18,053 nt of DNA from contig JAWOID010000002.1 of the NCBI GenBank assembly GCA_046484865.1, positions 1 through 18,053 on the forward strand, read 5' to 3'. The stretch is from Candidatus Krumholzibacteriia bacterium. Lineage in GTDB: Bacteria; Krumholzibacteriota; Krumholzibacteriia; LZORAL124-64-63. The translations under genes were made by a program, and so were the position numbers. Of the stretch, positions 1-8,154 are shown piece by piece. The notes beneath the pieces were generated by a model. That model did no database searches and was not told the DNA's origin. It was given only the letters and a program-made list of their open reading frames with translations. Every line of letters starts with the position of its first letter. The stretch's first letter is position 1.

Positions 1-84
1 GACGGCGGTAGCGCACCGAGCGGCGGCAGTAGCGCACCGGGCGACGGCGGTAGCGCACCGACCGACGGCAGTAGCGCACCGGGC
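1..84. repeat. 21-bp tandem repeat, 4 copies (G[A/G]CGGC[G/A]GTAGCGCACCG + 3 variable nt), possibly continuing beyond the window edge
   Basis: Units at 1-21, 22-42, 43-63 and 64-84 share the core GTAGCGCACCG; they are contiguous with no spacers. Confidence 0.9.
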
Positions 85-111
85 GGCGGCGGGAGTGCGG
101 AGGTCCGCTGC

Positions 112-987
112 TCACTCCGGCTCCACGTGCACGAACACCCGCGTCACGTCGCGAAAATCCTCCATGATGCGTGCCTCCACGTCGTGGGCGATCGCGTGGG
201 CGCGACCCACGGTCAGTTCGGGATCGACCGCAAGGCGGAGGTCCACCACGTACTTCGATCCCCGCTGGCGCGCGGTCAGGTCGCGCACGGCGCGGGCGCC
301 CGGGACCGCCGCTGCCGAGGCGGACATGCGCCGCACCAGATCGCGGTCGGGCATGGTGTCCATGAGGACCATCACGTGTTCGCGGCCGAGCTGCCAGCCC
401 ATGCGCAGGATGAACATCGCTATGAGCAGCGCGCCCACGCTGTCCAGTGCGGGCCAACCCAGCCGCGCGCCCGCCACGGCGCCGGCCGCCGCCAGCGAGC
501 TGATCGCGTCGCTGCGGTGCATGGCTCCGTTCGACAGGAGGGCCGGGCTGTTGTGCCGGCGTCCCGCCACGAGCGTGTAACGCGCCATCGCCTCCTTCAC
601 CAGCACGGCGGTCAGCGACATCACCAGCGCGGCGTTTTCCGGGGCGAGGAAGCGGTGAGTGACCAGCCGCGTGACCGCGTCCTTGCCGATCAGGAATCCG
701 GTGATCAGCATGAAGAGCGCGACGCCCACCGCGCCGAGCGTCTCGAAACCGTGATGCCCGTAAGGATGGTTCGCGTCAGGTGGGCGGGCGCTGGCCTTCA
801 GCGCGAAGACGATGCCGATGTCGGATGCCACGTCGGCCAGGGAGTGGAAGCCGTCAGCGACGAGCGCGCTGGACCGAGCGACCACCCCCACGCCGATCTT
901 GGCCGCCGCGAGCAGGATGTTGCCCACCAGGCCGACGGCGGTGCAGACCATCGGCCGCAGCCAGTATACGTCTGGCTCAGGGCTCAT
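112..987 (-). CDS. Cation diffusion facilitator (FieF/YiiP-like divalent metal efflux transporter), 291 aa
   Basis: Contains S-x-ALVADGFHSLAD, PPDANHPYGH and HRSD motifs, about 6 hydrophobic segments, and a C-terminal dimerisation domain (AHAIAH...VFVHVEP). Confidence 0.93.
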   Translation of the reverse strand: MSPEPDVYWLRPMVCTAVGLVGNILLAAAKIGVGVVARSSALVADGFHSLADVASDIGIVFALKASARPPDANHPYGHHGFETLGAVGVALFMLITGFLIGKDAVTRLVTHRFLAPENAALVMSLTAVLVKEAMARYTLVAGRRHNSPALLSNGAMHRSDAISSLAAAGAVAGARLGWPALDSVGALLIAMFILRMGWQLGREHVMVLMDTMPDRDLVRRMSASAAAVPGARAVRDLTARQRGSKYVVDLRLAVDPELTVGRAHAIAHDVEARIMEDFRDVTRVFVHVEPE

Positions 988-2785
988 CGTCCTGCAGATC
1001 CGGGTACAGCGAGTCGATGACGTCCCGGTAGCGGCGGTCGATCTCGAATCGCCGCACCTTGAGTGTGGGCGTCATCTCGTTCGCTTCCAGCGTGAACTCC
1101 CGATCGAGCAACGCGAAGCTCTTCACCTGGTTGAACCGGGGTAGGTCCGCGTTCACCCGCTCGAGGATCCCTTCGAACAGCGCGCGCACCTGCGGATGGT
1201 TCAGCAGCGCCGACCGGTCCTCCACCGGCAGTTGCTGCCCGCGTGCCCAGTCCTCCAGCATCTCGAACGTGGGCACCAGGAGAACCACCAGGTAAGGTCG
1301 CTGGTTGCCGACCACCACCGCCTGGCTCACGAAGCGGTCCTGCTCGAACGCCTTCTCCACCGGCTGGGGAGCCACGTTCTTCCCGCCGGCGGTCACGATG
1401 ACGTCCTTCTTGCGGTCGGTGATGAACAGGTAGCCGTCGTCGTCGAGGTGTCCGATGTCTCCCGTGGAGAACCAGCCCTCGTCGTCGAGCACCTCGCGGG
1501 TGGCGGCCTCGTTGCGGTAGTAGCCGCGCATCACCTGGGGCCCTCGCGCCTGGATCTCGCCGTCGGGCGCGATGCGGATCTCGGTCCGGGGCAGCGGCTG
1601 TCCCACCGATCCCAGCCGCACGTGCCCGAAGTAGTTGCAGGTGAGCACGGGCGACGTCTCGGTGAGCCCGTAGCCTTCCATGATGGGCAGCCCGGCGGCA
1701 TGGAAGAAGGCGGCGATCTTGGGCGGCAGCGGCGCTCCGCCGGAGATGAAGAGCTTCAACCTTCCGCCGACGCGCGCGCGCAGCTTGCTGAACACCAGCC
1801 GGTCCGCCACCGCCGCCTGCATCGCCAGCAATCCGCCCACGGGACGGTGCGCAAGTTCGCGCTGTAGCCGCTCCTTGCCCACCTGCCGCGCCCAGAAGAA
1901 GATGCGCTTGCGCAACGCCGGTCCGCTGCTCGCCTGGCTCAGCACGCGACCGTAGATCTTCTCGTAGAGCCGCGGCACGCTGACCACGATCGTGGGCTTC
2001 ACCTCCTGCATGTCGCGGGGAACCGTGTCCAGTCGCTCTGCATAGGCGATCCCCACGCCGGCATGGAGCATGTAGTAATGGCCCACCATCCGCTCGAAGA
2101 CATGCGACAGCGGCAGGAACGAGAGGGCCCGATCGCTGGTGCCGACGTCGAACCGCTCGTCCGCGCCCAGCACGTTGGAGACGAAGTTGGCGTGGGTGAG
2201 CATCACGCCCTTGGGGTCGCCGGTCGTGCCCGAGGTGTAGATGATGCTCGCGAGGTCCTCCGGGTCGACCGGATGGAAGACGTCGCGCGGCTCCGGCGTC
2301 CGGTCGCCGCCGATGTTGCGGCCGATCCCCTCGATGCGCTCGAGGGTCATCGTCTGCGGCACGTCGCTGGGGTCGAACGTGATCACGTCGCGGATGGACG
2401 GCAAGTTGCTCCGCACGCGCGCGAGCTTCTCCGCCTGTTCCGGCGTCGACACGAAGACGGCGGTCGGTTCGCAGTCGGCCAGGATCTGGGCGATGGCATC
2501 CGGGAGCAGCGTGGGGTAGACCGGAACGGTCACGGCGCCGTGACCGACGATCGCGAGATCGGCGAGGGCCCACTCCAGCCGGTTCTCCGAGAGCAACGCC
2601 ACCCGGTCGCCGGGCGCCACGCCGAGCGACTTGAGGCCGTGTCGCAGGGCGATCACCCGCTGCAGAGCCTCCTGGGTCGATACGTCCACCCAGCGGCCAT
2701 CGGGCAGGCGGTAGGAGAAGCAGTCCGGTCGCGGCCGCTCGCGGACAGATTCCATGAACAGTTCGGGGATGGTCTGAACCGGCAT
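977..2785 (-). CDS. Long-chain-fatty-acid--CoA ligase (AMP-dependent synthetase, FAA1/FadD15-like), 602 aa
   Basis: AMP-binding motifs IIYTSGTTGDPKGV, LPLSHVFE, EGYGLTET, GWFSTGDIG, ITDRKKD and TPTLK; GGAGG RBS upstream; overlaps the CDF start by 11 bp. Confidence 0.95.
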   Translation of the reverse strand: MPVQTIPELFMESVRERPRPDCFSYRLPDGRWVDVSTQEALQRVIALRHGLKSLGVAPGDRVALLSENRLEWALADLAIVGHGAVTVPVYPTLLPDAIAQILADCEPTAVFVSTPEQAEKLARVRSNLPSIRDVITFDPSDVPQTMTLERIEGIGRNIGGDRTPEPRDVFHPVDPEDLASIIYTSGTTGDPKGVMLTHANFVSNVLGADERFDVGTSDRALSFLPLSHVFERMVGHYYMLHAGVGIAYAERLDTVPRDMQEVKPTIVVSVPRLYEKIYGRVLSQASSGPALRKRIFFWARQVGKERLQRELAHRPVGGLLAMQAAVADRLVFSKLRARVGGRLKLFISGGAPLPPKIAAFFHAAGLPIMEGYGLTETSPVLTCNYFGHVRLGSVGQPLPRTEIRIAPDGEIQARGPQVMRGYYRNEAATREVLDDEGWFSTGDIGHLDDDGYLFITDRKKDVIVTAGGKNVAPQPVEKAFEQDRFVSQAVVVGNQRPYLVVLLVPTFEMLEDWARGQQLPVEDRSALLNHPQVRALFEGILERVNADLPRFNQVKSFALLDREFTLEANEMTPTLKVRRFEIDRRYRDVIDSLYPDLQDDEP

Positions 2786-2940
2786 GATGCCTCCCGCGGC
2801 GAGCGCCGTGAAGACCGGCGCCGGTGGTGAGGCGGGCGCGCCACGCCCGCGTGGACGGTGCCCTCCCGTCGGCCGCGACGACGCCGGGGCGATGGTCGCA
2901 CGCAGAGAGCGGTTGAACGCGGCGAGACGTGCGTCCAGAA

Positions 2941-2969
2941 TCCGTATCGGAAGCGTGATCGTTTGTCAA
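2941..2969 (-). promoter_or_regulatory. Possible sigma70 promoter for the acyl-CoA ligase/CDF operon
   Basis: On the minus strand, a perfect TTGACA, 17-nt spacer, then a weak -10 (TACGGA). Confidence 0.3.
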
Positions 2970-3001
2970 CGCAACAAGCCGCCTCGATCAAAGGAGTTGC
3001 G

Positions 3002-4273
3002 GTGGGTCCGGAACGGTGTCGAGGGTGTGCCGGCGGTGGCGAGGACCCGACTGTCGCGTCCGCCGGAGCGGGGCCGTCGCTCCCGGCTGCGGATGCGATC
3101 GCCTCGCTGCGGGAGCGCCTGCTCGCGTGGTACGACCGCCGGCAGCGGGCATTGCCCTGGCGCCGGCGAACGTCGCTGTACGGCACCTGGGTGTCGGAGA
3201 TCATGCTCCAGCAGACGACGGTGGCGGCCGTGGTGCCGGCCTGGGAGCGGTTCCTGGCGCGTTTCGCCGACGTGCGCGCACTCGCGGCCGCCGACGAGCA
3301 GGAGGTGCTGGCGCTCTGGTCGGGTCTCGGTTACTACCGGCGAGCCCGTGCGCTGCACGCCGCCGCACGCCGCGTGGTGACCGACCGCGGCGGGCGGCTG
3401 CCCCACGATCGTGCCGGCTGGCGGGAATTGCCGGGCGTCGGCGACTACACCGCCGCCGCCATCGCGAGCATTGGTCTCGGCGAGCCGGTCGCGGCGGTGG
3501 ACGCGAACGTGCGCCGCGTGGTCTGCCGCTGGCTGTGCGCCGATCCAGCTGCTGCCGCGGCGCTGCAACCGCGCCTCGTCCATGCGGCGCAGGCGCTGCT
3601 CGATCCACGCCGGCCGGGGGACTGGAACCAGGCGGTGATGGAACTGGGCGCGACGGTCTGCCGTGCCGCACGGCCCGACTGCGCCGCATGCCCGGTGCAG
3701 CCCCGGTGCCGTGCCGGCAGCGCCGGTACGGCGGCGGCGGTGCCGGCGCCGCGCGCGCGGGTCGTCGCCACGGAGGCCTGGCTGGTGCTGGTCCTCGCCA
3801 TCCGGGGAGACGCCGTCGCGCTCCTGCCGCCCGACGCGCCCGTGCCCCTGCGAGCGGCGGGCGCCGGACGGCCGGTCCGTCGCGACTTCTCGACTCTCCA
3901 CGGTGGCCTCTGGGGTCTGCCGGCCTCGCCCTGGTATCCGTCATCGTCCGTGGCGGAGGAGGAACCGGGAAGGCGGACACGTGCGACACCGGCCTGGGAA
4001 ATGGCGCTGGACGCCACGCGCGTCTGGCTGCGCGGGCGGCTGGAGGGAGCGCGACCGCCGGAACCGGTGGGATGCATCCGGCACGCGATCACCCGCTACC
4101 GTCTGGAGGCCCTCGTCGTCCTGGCGATGCTGGGTCCGGGAGCCGATCCTCCGCGGCCCGCGCTGCTGGTGCCGCTCGCCGACCTGCGGGAGCGCCCGCT
4201 CAGCACCCTCGCGCACAAGGCCCTGGCGTTGCGCGACCTGGTGCCTAGCACAGGTCCTGGAACGACCACCTGA
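3002..4273 (+). CDS. mutY: A/G-specific adenine DNA glycosylase MutY (start re-called at GTG 3002)
   Basis: WY...RALPWR, VSEIMLQQT, WSGLGYY, HhH LPGVGDYTA, VDANVRRV, NQAVMELGATVC and the [4Fe-4S] motif C-x6-C-x2-C-x5-C. AAGGAG RBS at 2991-2996 lies before the in-frame GTG; the exact start is uncertain. Confidence 0.92.
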   Translation: MGPERCRGCAGGGEDPTVASAGAGPSLPAADAIASLRERLLAWYDRRQRALPWRRRTSLYGTWVSEIMLQQTTVAAVVPAWERFLARFADVRALAAADEQEVLALWSGLGYYRRARALHAAARRVVTDRGGRLPHDRAGWRELPGVGDYTAAAIASIGLGEPVAAVDANVRRVVCRWLCADPAAAAALQPRLVHAAQALLDPRRPGDWNQAVMELGATVCRAARPDCAACPVQPRCRAGSAGTAAAVPAPRARVVATEAWLVLVLAIRGDAVALLPPDAPVPLRAAGAGRPVRRDFSTLHGGLWGLPASPWYPSSSVAEEEPGRRTRATPAWEMALDATRVWLRGRLEGARPPEPVGCIRHAITRYRLEALVVLAMLGPGADPPRPALLVPLADLRERPLSTLAHKALALRDLVPSTGPGTTT

Positions 4274-4315
4274 AGTGGGTTTTCCTCGAAACGCGCCTAT
4301 ACGGATCGACTTGGT

Positions 4316-4344
4316 TTGACTTTGAGTTTTCGTGCGTGCATCAT
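4316..4344 (+). promoter_or_regulatory. Putative sigma70 promoter for the Rrf2 gene
   Basis: TTGACT-17nt-CATCAT in an AT-rich patch. Confidence 0.4.
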
Positions 4345-4489
4345 ACTGAGATCCAGCCACCGTCTCCCGGGGTCTCCGGGCTGCGGTACGGCCTCCGGGA
4401 ACAGGTCCTGCCGGCCCGGTCCGGCGGGGACCAGACGCTTGGCGGCGAAGGATCGACCGCCGGCGAGGTCCACAGTAAGAGGCGGAAAC

Positions 4490-4888
4490 ATGCTCCAGAT
4501 CACGCGCCAGACCGAGTACGCCATCCGGGGTCTGCAGGAGCTGGCCCGGCGCAACAGCGACGCGCCTGTCCAGCTGAAGTCCATCGCGCAGGCGTGCAAC
4601 GTATCCGAGGCCTTCCTCGCGAAGATCTTCCAGATGCTCTCGCAGCAGAACATCGTCAAGTCGCACCGCGGCGTGAAGGGCGGCTTCAGCCTCGGCCGCC
4701 AGGCGGACGAGATCACGCTGCGCGACATCGTCGAGGTGTGCGAGGGGGGCATCGCTCTGAACCACTGCCTGCGGCGGGTGAATCGCTGCGAGGACGCGGA
4801 CGATTGCACGGTGGCCAAGGTCTGGGTCGAGGCCCAGACCGCGCTCACCGCGGCCCTCGACCGGACGCGACTGATCGACGTCCTCTGA
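4490..4888 (+). CDS. Rrf2-family transcriptional regulator, probably Fe-S binding, 132 aa
   Basis: MLQITRQTEYAIRGL start, wHTH, SHRGVKGGFSL, ITLRDIVE and C-x6-C-x5-C; ATG at 4490 follows GAGGCGG. Confidence 0.92.
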   Translation: MLQITRQTEYAIRGLQELARRNSDAPVQLKSIAQACNVSEAFLAKIFQMLSQQNIVKSHRGVKGGFSLGRQADEITLRDIVEVCEGGIALNHCLRRVNRCEDADDCTVAKVWVEAQTALTAALDRTRLIDVL

Positions 4889-4904
4889 GGCGGACGCCGG
4901 GACG

Positions 4905-6032
4905 TCACGTTCCGGGCAGCGTCCCGGGCAGTTTCTCGGCGGTGGATCGTGCCGGGGCCTCGCCGAACTGGCGGCGACGGCGCAATTGCCCGCAGGCGGC
5001 ATCGATGTCCTGTCCTCCACTGAGCCTCACGTACGCCGCCACCTCCGCATCCGCCAGCACCCGCTGAAACGCCAGCACCCTCTCCAGCGCCGCGGGTTCC
5101 AGCTTGTCGCCGTCCAGGCGATTCAGCGGGATGAGATTCACCTTGAAGGGCCGCCCGCGAGCCAGCGCGGCCAGTCTCGCGGCCTGGTCGAGCCCGTCGC
5201 TCACGCCGGCGATCAGCACGTAGGCCAGGGTGACGGTCCGGTGCGAGCGGCTCGCGTAAGCCGCCGCCAGGCGGGTGGACTCGGCGAGCGAGGTCCGCCC
5301 GGCAACCGGCATCACGCGCTTGCGCTCCTCGTCGGTCGAACCTCCCAGGCTCAGCGTGAGCCCCACGGGATACGGGCAACCGAGCAGGTCCCGGAGACCG
5401 GCCGCCGGTCCGGAGGTCGAGATCTGGATGCGGCGCGCCGACATGCCCAGACCCTCGGGCTCGATCATCGCCGCCACCGCGGCGCCCACCGCCTCCCAGT
5501 TCTCCAGCGGTTCGCCCATACCCATGAACACCACGTTGAACTGGCGGTCGCCGTGGTCCGGCAGCGGCTCCGCAGCCAGGTCCTCGCGCAGGTAGAGTAC
5601 CTGCTCGACGATCTCGCCGGGGGTGAGATCGCGGGCCAGGCCGCCGCGGGCGGTGGCGCAGAAGCGACAGGCCATGGCGCAACCCACCTGGCTGGAGATG
5701 CAGAAGGTGGCGTGGCGGTCCATGGGAATGATCACGCTCTCCACCAGGTGCCCGTCCCGCAACCGGAACAGGAATTTGCGGGTGCCGTCCCGCGACATCT
5801 GCCGTTCCACCGGCGTCAGACCCTGGAGGTCGTGCTCGGCGGCCAGTTCCTCCCGCAGCGAACCCGGCAGACTGGTCATGCGCTCCCAGGCGAGCGCACC
5901 CTGCTCCCACAACCAGTGGGACAGCTGCCGTCCCCGGTAGGGCGGATACCCTGCCGCAGCCAGGCGCTCCGGCCAGGCCGCGGGAGGCACGTCCCGCGCC
6001 AGGGATCGTAGGGGGGGCTGGGGCTCGGTCAC
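4905..6032 (-). CDS. rlmN: 23S rRNA A2503 / tRNA A37 C2-methyltransferase RlmN (radical SAM)
   Basis: DGTRKFLF, CISSQVGCAMACRFC (CxxxCxxC), VVFMGMGEPL, VNLIPLN and DIDAACGQL. Confidence 0.95.
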   Translation of the reverse strand: MTEPQPPLRSLARDVPPAAWPERLAAAGYPPYRGRQLSHWLWEQGALAWERMTSLPGSLREELAAEHDLQGLTPVERQMSRDGTRKFLFRLRDGHLVESVIIPMDRHATFCISSQVGCAMACRFCATARGGLARDLTPGEIVEQVLYLREDLAAEPLPDHGDRQFNVVFMGMGEPLENWEAVGAAVAAMIEPEGLGMSARRIQISTSGPAAGLRDLLGCPYPVGLTLSLGGSTDEERKRVMPVAGRTSLAESTRLAAAYASRSHRTVTLAYVLIAGVSDGLDQAARLAALARGRPFKVNLIPLNRLDGDKLEPAALERVLAFQRVLADAEVAAYVRLSGGQDIDAACGQLRRRRQFGEAPARSTAEKLPGTLPGT

Positions 6033-6227
6033 AGGAACTCCCGGAGGCGCGAAGGGTTATGGTTCCGGAGCGCCGGCCGCCGGCGCCTCGCGAGATCCGT
6101 CCGCCGTCGTCGCGGCGTCCGATGCACGCCTGATGCTTGACACGCCGCCGGCGCCGCCGCCATCGTCACCGCCGGGCGCGGACCCGTCATTCTCGTGATG
6201 GTACACCGCGACCGCAAGGGAGATCCC

Positions 6228-7607
6228 GTGAAGACCGTCCTGATCGTCGACGACGAGGTCGCCATCCGCGAAACGCTCGCGCAGATCCTGGCTTACGAGA
6301 AGTACCGGCCGCGGCTGGCGCCGGATGGACCGTCGGCGCTGGCACTGGTGGCGGCCGAGAAGGTGGACGTCGTCCTGCTCGACATCAAGATGCCCGGGAT
6401 GGACGGCTTCGAGGTGCTCGAGCGTCTCCTCGCCGACCGGCCGGGACTTCCCGTCATCGTGGTCTCCGGCCACGGCAACATCGAGACGGCGGTGGAGGCG
6501 GTCAAGAAGGGCGCCTACGACTTCCTGGAGAAACCCCTGGACCGCAGCCGCCTGCTGGTGACGCTGCGCAACTGCCTCGACCACCAGCGCGCCATCGCCG
6601 ATCGGCGGATCCTCGCCGAGCAGCGGGCCGCCGAACCGCTGGTGGGCGAGTGTCCGGCCATGCGCCACGTGCGCAGCCTCATCGAGCGGGTGGCGCCGAC
6701 GGACACCACCGTGCTGGTGACCGGCGAGAACGGCACCGGCAAGGAACTGGTGGTGCGGGCCATCCACCGCCGCAGCCGGCGGTGCGAGCGGCCGCTGGTG
6801 GAGGTGAACTGCGCCGCCATCCCGAGGGACCTCGTCGAGAGTGAGCTGTTCGGTCACGAGAAGGGGGCGTTCACGGGCGCCGACCGCCAGCGCATCGGCA
6901 AGTTCGATCAGGCCGACGGCGGCACCCTCTTCCTCGACGAGATCGGGGACATGAGCGAGGAGGCGCAGGCCAAGGTCCTCAAGGCCATCGAGGAGAGCCG
7001 GTTCCAGCGTGTGGGCGGCAGCGACATCCGCGAGGTCGACGTGCGGATCGTGGCGGCGACCAACCGCGACCTGGCCCGCCCCGAGTCGGGCTTCCGCCAG
7101 GACCTCTTCTTCCGTCTCAACGTCATTCCCATCCATCTGCCCCCGCTGCGCGACCGCGGCAGCGACGTGGACCTGCTGCTGGACCACTTCGTGCAGACGC
7201 TGTCGGCGCGTCTGAAGATCGCGCCCAGGACGCTGGCGCCCGAGGCCCGCGCCCTGCTGCGGGAGCATACCTGGCCCGGCAACGTACGCGAGCTGCGGAA
7301 CCTGGTCGAGCGGTTGCTCATCCTGGCCCCCGGCCCGGTGATCGCGCCGGCCGACCTGCCCCCGCTCACGGGGCGACTGACCGACGTCGCGATCGAGGCG
7401 GACCTGCTGGACTGCGAGGATTTCCAGGACTTCAAGGCGAGGGCCGAGGGTCTCTACCTGCAACACAAGCTCCAGCAGAACCGTTACAACGTGAGCAAGA
7501 CGGCGGAGACCCTGGGCATGCAGCGCAGCAATCTCTACAAGAAGATCACCAAGTACGGCCTGCGCACGCAGCCGGAGGACCCGGGGAGCCCCTCCGAGGC
7601 CACTTGA
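6228..7607 (+). CDS. Sigma54-dependent response regulator (REC-AAA+-HTH; NtrX-like)
   Basis: ILIVDD-type start (VLIVDDE), phosphoacceptor LLDIKMP, Walker [39 protein letters not shown] and a Fis HTH; AAGGGAG RBS before GTG 6228. Confidence 0.93.
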   Translation: MKTVLIVDDEVAIRETLAQILAYEKYRPRLAPDGPSALALVAAEKVDVVLLDIKMPGMDGFEVLERLLADRPGLPVIVVSGHGNIETAVEAVKKGAYDFLEKPLDRSRLLVTLRNCLDHQRAIADRRILAEQRAAEPLVGECPAMRHVRSLIERVAPTDTTVLVTGENGTGKELVVRAIHRRSRRCERPLVEVNCAAIPRDLVESELFGHEKGAFTGADRQRIGKFDQADGGTLFLDEIGDMSEEAQAKVLKAIEESRFQRVGGSDIREVDVRIVAATNRDLARPESGFRQDLFFRLNVIPIHLPPLRDRGSDVDLLLDHFVQTLSARLKIAPRTLAPEARALLREHTWPGNVRELRNLVERLLILAPGPVIAPADLPPLTGRLTDVAIEADLLDCEDFQDFKARAEGLYLQHKLQQNRYNVSKTAETLGMQRSNLYKKITKYGLRTQPEDPGSPSEAT

Positions 7608-7669
7608 GACACGCCGCCGCAGCGCGGCGACGCGCCCGCGCCGGATCAGGGTGCGCGAGTTGGTCGCTG

Positions 7670-7698
7670 TTGACGCGGCAGCCCTGAATCCCTACCAT
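7670..7698 (+). promoter_or_regulatory. Sigma70 promoter for the peptide / TPR-activator pair
   Basis: TTGACG (7670-7675), 17-nt spacer, TACCAT (7693-7698). Confidence 0.65.
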
Positions 7699-7767
7699 TG
7701 GGAGGTCGGGCGGCCGTTCGTGACGGTCGGTCCAGATGTGCGATGGGGAGTCGACGAGGAGTCTCTC

Positions 7768-8070
7768 ATGAAGAAGGTCAGCCTGCTATTGGCCCTCCTG
7801 CTGGCCTGGACGTGCCTGACGGCTGTGGATACGCCCGTGTGGGCCGCCGGAGCAGAGGATCCGGCGGCGAGCGATCCGGGCGGGTCGGTACGGACTGATC
7901 CCGACGGAGGCATCAACGCCGATGGGGATCCCGACGACATCATCGAGGGCAATCGGCGCCTCGAAGGCGGCAATGCCCCGCCGGCGCCGGTACCCGCGTT
8001 CCAGAGCACGTCTCCATGGCTGCAGGACCTGATCGTTCATGTCCGGCTGCTGATCTGTCTGCAGCGCTGA
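7768..8070 (+). CDS. Small secreted acidic protein / putative pro-peptide, 100 aa
   Basis: GAGGAG RBS; MKK plus hydrophobic signal peptide ending near VWA; Asp-Pro-rich mature part (EDPA, SDPG, TDPD, GDPDD); hydrophobic C-terminus. Confidence 0.75.
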   Translation: MKKVSLLLALLLAWTCLTAVDTPVWAAGAEDPAASDPGGSVRTDPDGGINADGDPDDIIEGNRRLEGGNAPPAPVPAFQSTSPWLQDLIVHVRLLICLQR

Positions 8071-8154
8071 ACCGGCTGACTGAGGACTGGCCGGCCCGGC
8101 GCGCAAACGCGGGAGAACGAGCACTGCCATCGCCCACTCGCCAGGGGATGCAGG

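Noticed and set aside
1..84. CRISPR array
   Set aside because: Units are contiguous with no unique spacers, and there are no cas genes in the window.
2858..3001. Longer N-termini from the ORF track (MutY 2858; also Rrf2 4316, peptide 7651, DUF4384-like 13214)
   Set aside because: The extensions overlap promoter-like or upstream coding sequence, and downstream starts have clear RBSs and family-typical N-termini.
4905..6032. Cfr antibiotic-resistance methyltransferase
   Set aside because: The motifs (SSQVGC, MGMGEPL, DIDAACGQL) and housekeeping, non-mobile context fit RlmN; phylogeny would confirm.
6137..6166. Sigma70 promoter for the NtrX-like gene (TTGACA at 6137)
   Set aside because: No convincing -10 element at 16-18 nt spacing.
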